This document shows positions 26,652-30,575 of a DNA stretch of 30,575 nt, in pieces. Position 1 is the stretch's first letter, and each line of letters begins with the position of its first letter. The position numbers and the translations under genes were made by a program. The notes under the pieces were generated by a model, which saw only the letters and a list, made by a program, of their open reading frames with translations, made no database searches and was not told the DNA's origin. Source of the stretch: Chlamydiales bacterium (GTDB lineage: Bacteria > Chlamydiota > Chlamydiia > Chlamydiales > JAAKFR01); the NCBI GenBank assembly GCA_022601475.1, contig JAJACO010000155.1:1-30575 (forward strand), read 5' to 3'.

Positions 26652-27276
26652 ACAAGAAAAACCGATCCAATTTGGGCGCTATAACAGCTATCTAATGCAC
26701 AATACCCCCAAGAGGATGCTCTTTTCTCTCTCCTATTACAAATTTGCCGCCAAAATGATTGGCAGCAATAAAAAAGTGCTCGACGTGGGCTGTAATGAAG
26801 GCTTGGGAAGCTGGGTGATCGCAAAAGAGTGCGGCTATTGCAAAGGGGTTGACTTTGATGCGCCGGCGATACAGTCAGCACAACGCAATTTTCAAGAGCG
26901 CTCTGTCGCATTTGAACATGCCGATTTTTTAGATATGCCAACGGAGCAAAAGTGGGATGCTGTTGTGAACTTTGATGTCATTGAGCACATCTATCCGGAG
27001 CATTCGCTTGCATTTATCGAAAAAATTGCTATTAACCTCTCTTCTACAGGAATCGCTGTGATCGGCACGCCGAGTGCCATTAGCCAGCAGTTCGCCTCTC
27101 CAATTTCTAAAAAGGGGCACGTGAATATTTATACACATGAGAGATTAGAATCTGAGCTTTTAGCCCAATTTGAGAATGTTTTTTTATTCGCAGCCAATGA
27201 TGAGGTTGTGCATACGGGGTATTTACCTTTAGCACATTATTTTATCGCTGTTTGCTGCAAACCAAAGAGAAATTAA
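26596..27276 (+). CDS. Class I SAM-dependent methyltransferase (paralog of 25243-25911)
   Basis: VLDVGCNEG, GVDFD, NFDVIEHIY. Shares YKFAAKM, GHVN and NDE.VHTGY.P.AHY with the upstream paralog. Confidence 0.88.
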   Translation: MDKKQESMSNWSCVTQLLEQEKPIQFGRYNSYLMHNTPKRMLFSLSYYKFAAKMIGSNKKVLDVGCNEGLGSWVIAKECGYCKGVDFDAPAIQSAQRNFQERSVAFEHADFLDMPTEQKWDAVVNFDVIEHIYPEHSLAFIEKIAINLSSTGIAVIGTPSAISQQFASPISKKGHVNIYTHERLESELLAQFENVFLFAANDEVVHTGYLPLAHYFIAVCCKPKRN

Positions 27277-27277
27277 T

Positions 27278-28147
27278 ATGCAAACGCTCAATCGATGGAC
27301 ACGCTCTTTGCTCAAACGTCTTCCGGGAGGGCCGCAATATCTGCAAAAGCGGATGATTTATAAAAAATATCTCTTTAAGCCCTGTTCTAAAGAGATTTAT
27401 AGCGGCTTGCACGGTCACAAAAAAGAGGCAGACGCCGTCTATCTCGAAGCCTTTGACCGTATCTTTTTGCTGATCAGCGCTTTTTATAGCAATGGCCTGC
27501 GTGGGGATATCTATGAATTTGGAGTGATGAATGGCTATACAGCTGCGCTTTTAGCAGACTGTATGCTAAGATTTAATCTTCAACAAAGCCAATTGCAGCT
27601 TTTTGATTCCTTTGATGGGTTGCCTGAGATGAGCGAGGTGGATCGCGATAATTATGAATATCAAAATGGGCAATGGGACAAAGGAGCGCTAAAAACACCT
27701 CAAGGACTCGAGGTGTTTTTAAAACAAGAATTACAAAAAAAATTGGGCCTACAACGGGTGCACGCCTTTAAGGGGTATTTTGAAAACACCTTAGAAAAAG
27801 TGATCGCCACAAAAAAATTATCAAAAGCGCTGTTGATCAACCTCGATTGCGATCTTCATAGCTCTTCAAAATTTGTGCTTCAAACGTTATTAGAGCACGA
27901 TTTAATTCAAGATGGAACAGTGCTTATTTGTGATGATTGGATGACAAGCTTTGGAAATCCCAATTTAGGGCAACGGAGAGCCGTACAAGAAATCTTAGAG
28001 TGTTACCCGCAATGGAGCTTAGAACCTTACATGAACTACGGTCTAGGTTCTCAGGTATTTGTGATGCACAACCTCTCAATTACAAAAGGAAAAAAACTCG
28101 ATGAAGACAAAAGCGTGTATTCTCACCCAGCTCAATGCGCCTCTTGA
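27278..28147 (+). CDS. TylF/MycF-family (macrocin-type) sugar O-methyltransferase
   Basis: GDIYEFGV, LFDSFDGLP, KGYFENTL, INLDCDLHSS, GTVLICDDW. Confidence 0.8.
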   Translation: MQTLNRWTRSLLKRLPGGPQYLQKRMIYKKYLFKPCSKEIYSGLHGHKKEADAVYLEAFDRIFLLISAFYSNGLRGDIYEFGVMNGYTAALLADCMLRFNLQQSQLQLFDSFDGLPEMSEVDRDNYEYQNGQWDKGALKTPQGLEVFLKQELQKKLGLQRVHAFKGYFENTLEKVIATKKLSKALLINLDCDLHSSSKFVLQTLLEHDLIQDGTVLICDDWMTSFGNPNLGQRRAVQEILECYPQWSLEPYMNYGLGSQVFVMHNLSITKGKKLDEDKSVYSHPAQCAS

Positions 28148-29138
28148 AATTTGGGAACTTGAAATCCCCTCTCTTAAAGAAGGGCAGGTACTGGTCAAGA
28201 TTGCCTATACAGGAGCGTGCCATTCTCAACTTAATGAAATAAAAGGACTTAAAGGAGAAGATGCCTTCTTGCCCCACACTCTAGGGCATGAGGGTTCGGG
28301 TATTGTAGAAGCTGTAGGCAACAATGTCACAAAAGTCAAACCATCCGATCACGTTGTGCTCACCTGGATCAAAGCAGAGGGCGCCAATGTAGCTAGCGCC
28401 CAATATAAGAGCGCTAGAGGCGCTGTTAATTCAGGTGCGATCAGTACATTTATGACCTACGCCATTATTTCAGAAAACCGGGTGATTCCCATTCCAAAAG
28501 CGATGCCTCTTAAAGAAGCGGCGCTCTTGGGCTGCGCCATTCCAACAGGAGCGGGTGTTGTAAAAAATGAGATGCAGCTCAAAGAGAGCGACTCATTTGC
28601 GGTATATGGAGCAGGAGGCGTGGGATTGAGCGCACTTTTAGCAGCAAAACAAGCAAAAGCCTATCCACGCATTGCTGTCGATGTCCAAGCGCATAAACTT
28701 GAAAAAGCCAAACAGCTCGGTGCAACGCATACAGTGGATGCGCGCGCAACAAATCCAGCGGAAGCGATCAAGTTGATTACAAAGGGCCAAGGGGTAGATT
28801 TTGTCTTTGAATCTGCAGGCAAAAAGCAAGCCATGGAGCAAGCATATAGCTCTTTAAAGGCTCCTGGGCTTTGTGTATTAGCGGGCAATCTACCCAAAGG
28901 AGAGCGCATCTCAATCGATCCCTTTGATTTGATCGTGGGCAAAAAGATTGTGGGTACGTGGGGAGGTAAAAGTTCTATTGACCAAGATGTGGCTGACTAC
29001 GTCGCTCTCTACCTAAAAGGAGAGCTAGACTTGGCGGCTTTGATCACGCATGAGCACCCGCTTGAAGAGATCAATGCCTTGTTTGAGCTGTTAGAAAGAG
29101 GAGAGGTGGGCCGTGGTCTACTTTGTTGTTTTGAATAA
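28101..29138 (+). CDS. Zn-dependent medium-chain alcohol dehydrogenase
   Basis: GACHSQ, GHEGSG, LLGCAIPTG, nucleotide-binding GAGGVG, VDFVFESAG, ITHEHPLEEIN. Confidence 0.9.
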   Translation: MKTKACILTQLNAPLEIWELEIPSLKEGQVLVKIAYTGACHSQLNEIKGLKGEDAFLPHTLGHEGSGIVEAVGNNVTKVKPSDHVVLTWIKAEGANVASAQYKSARGAVNSGAISTFMTYAIISENRVIPIPKAMPLKEAALLGCAIPTGAGVVKNEMQLKESDSFAVYGAGGVGLSALLAAKQAKAYPRIAVDVQAHKLEKAKQLGATHTVDARATNPAEAIKLITKGQGVDFVFESAGKKQAMEQAYSSLKAPGLCVLAGNLPKGERISIDPFDLIVGKKIVGTWGGKSSIDQDVADYVALYLKGELDLAALITHEHPLEEINALFELLERGEVGRGLLCCFE

Positions 29139-29160
29139 TACAGTGGATTAAAGGAAAAGC

Positions 29161-30366
29161 TCAAGCATTAGATTTGGGTAATCCGAGTCGCTTAATCACC
29201 AGTTCAGCTGTTTGAATACCCTCATTAATCGCGATTCTCTCAGCTTTTTTAAGCAGCTCTCCCATTTGCTTACCAGGATTAATTCCATACGCTTGTAGAT
29301 GGGCTGCTGTGACAAGAGGGGTTTTGTTTTCAATTCTTTGAATAGCTATCTGCAGCTGATGCGCTCTCTGTTGGTGCTCTTCAATATAGTTTTGTTTGTC
29401 GGAGGGCATTTTTTTAGCCGCTTGTATCTCTAGAAAAAGTTTGGAAAGAGGGTGTGCATAAAAATAGGCCCACTCATAGCTCTCTGTGTATTCATGAGAT
29501 GTAGAGAAAAAATCCACAAGCTTGCGATCTTTTACTGTTGCTTTTAGATAACGGCAGAGGTTGATTTTTTGAGCATGGGTGTAGTCGGGAAACAGCTCTA
29601 GCAAATAGAGAATCAGAGGGCAATTAAGGGGAAAATAGGGGAAGAATTGCACCCGTGTTTCGATTTCATCTTTAGATAGATCTTTTAAATGAGCAAAAAG
29701 TACCTGTAGAAGGCCAAAAGTGTGCAATTGAATCATCGCCTGGCCAAACCTGGCAGAGCGCGCCATTTTATTGAGCTCCTGCCACACTCTTTCAATAGAA
29801 ACCGAGGGAAAAACAGTAGACGCGTACGCATGGATCGCCGCTTGTGTTTGAGATTCGATTTCAAAATTAAAGCGAGTGGCAAAACGGACAGCGCGGATCA
29901 TCCGCAGTCTATCCTCTTCAAATCGCTTTTTAGGATCGCCAATGGCTCGAATCACACCCTTTTTTAGATCTTCTCTTCCTTCTACATAATCATGAATCGT
30001 TTCATTTAAGGGATCATAGAACATACCATTGATGGTAAAATCTCTGCGCTCAGCGTCTTTTTCCGGCGTAGAAAAATCCACTCCATCGGGGTGTCTTCCA
30101 TCTTGATAAGGGTGATCTTTTCGAAAGGTTGTGATCTCAAAGTTAAAGCCTTGATAGACGACAATCACAACTCCAAATGCAATCCCAACAGGAATGGTTT
30201 TTTCAAAGAGTTCTTGAATTTTAGAAGGGGGAGCGCTTGTGGCGATATCGATTTCATCCGAAGGCTCATTGAGTAATAAATCTCTCACCCATCCGCCCGC
30301 AATATAAGCGGTGTAGCCCGCATCAAAAAGGGTTTGGCAAATGCTTTTGGCGCTTTGTAATAACAT
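29161..30366 (-). CDS. cca: tRNA nucleotidyltransferase (class II CCA-adding enzyme family)
   Basis: AGGWVRD, DEIDIAT, intact flexible loop TFRKDHPYQDGRHP, RRDFTING, EDRLRMIRAVRF, ERVWQEL. No poly(A)-polymerase [LIV][LIV]G[RK][RK]F signature (IPVGIAF instead). Confidence 0.85.
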   Translation of the reverse strand: MLLQSAKSICQTLFDAGYTAYIAGGWVRDLLLNEPSDEIDIATSAPPSKIQELFEKTIPVGIAFGVVIVVYQGFNFEITTFRKDHPYQDGRHPDGVDFSTPEKDAERRDFTINGMFYDPLNETIHDYVEGREDLKKGVIRAIGDPKKRFEEDRLRMIRAVRFATRFNFEIESQTQAAIHAYASTVFPSVSIERVWQELNKMARSARFGQAMIQLHTFGLLQVLFAHLKDLSKDEIETRVQFFPYFPLNCPLILYLLELFPDYTHAQKINLCRYLKATVKDRKLVDFFSTSHEYTESYEWAYFYAHPLSKLFLEIQAAKKMPSDKQNYIEEHQQRAHQLQIAIQRIENKTPLVTAAHLQAYGINPGKQMGELLKKAERIAINEGIQTAELVIKRLGLPKSNA

Positions 30367-30472
30367 AATTCCATTGTAGGCCTATAGCGATTTTAAATTG
30401 GAGTCTGAAATCCGAAAAAATATACCAATTTTGAGCTAGAGCATACAAATTAAAATCTTCACCCGATGATTC

Positions 30473-30575
30473 TGAGACCGTTGAACAACTCAAGCTTTGC
30501 GTCGTTTTGGAACCTTTTTGCCCCATTTGAAAGATCTCTCGCTCTCTGTACCATATGTACTATCTTCGCTCGAGA
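30473..30575. repeat. Left part of a long palindromic (RPE-like) dispersed element, cut by the window end
   Basis: Shares its terminal 31 nt with 13913-13943. Central GTAC-CATAT-GTAC hairpin (30548-30560); TCTCG (30537-30541) pairs with CGAGA (30571-30575). Confidence 0.6.

Noticed and set aside
383-30276. The remaining 60-111-aa ORFs nested in or antisense to annotated genes
   Set aside because: They are shadow frames of well-supported CDSs with no motifs or RBS evidence.
29161-30366. Annotating as poly(A) polymerase pcnB, or as a CC-only enzyme
   Set aside because: The PAP signature is absent and the flexible loop is intact. An A-adding-only role cannot be excluded from sequence.
30323-30526. 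67-aa minus-strand ORF upstream of cca
   Set aside because: It runs through the repeat element and overlaps the cca start in another frame; not protein-like.

Overview
A 30.6-kb bacterial chromosomal window, inferred to come from an environmental member of Chlamydiae. That inference rests on the chlamydial-type tRNA-Ala(GGC) anticodon arm, the aspC-mreC adjacency, a eukaryote-like WD40 ORF and a Rickettsia-palindromic-element-like repeat; no search was run. Housekeeping genes (tRNA-Ala, aspC, mreC, nnr on the left; cca on the right) bracket a ~24-kb surface-glycan locus with three parts. (i) UDP-glucuronate supply and conversion (ugd, UDP-xylose synthase, UDP-glucuronate 4-epimerase). (ii) Assembly and decoration: a Wzy/WaaL-like membrane protein, Wzx, three GT2 enzymes and two ~79% identical PAPS-type sulfotransferases carrying N-terminal export or anchor signals. 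(iii) A tightly coupled 14-gene operon for an unusual nucleotide sugar: SDR epimerases/dehydratases, GmhA-like isomerase, domain-reversed HldE-like enzyme, a stand-alone TPP E1 alpha/beta pair, four methyltransferases, a PhyH oxygenase with an apparent internal deletion, and a Zn-ADH. The most striking non-coding feature is a 316-bp nested-palindrome element at 4933-5248: 49-bp terminal inverted repeats with a compensated internal hairpin, around a four-way junction containing a perfect 31-bp stem. Some start codons were moved from the ORF track where RBS or overlap evidence supported it.
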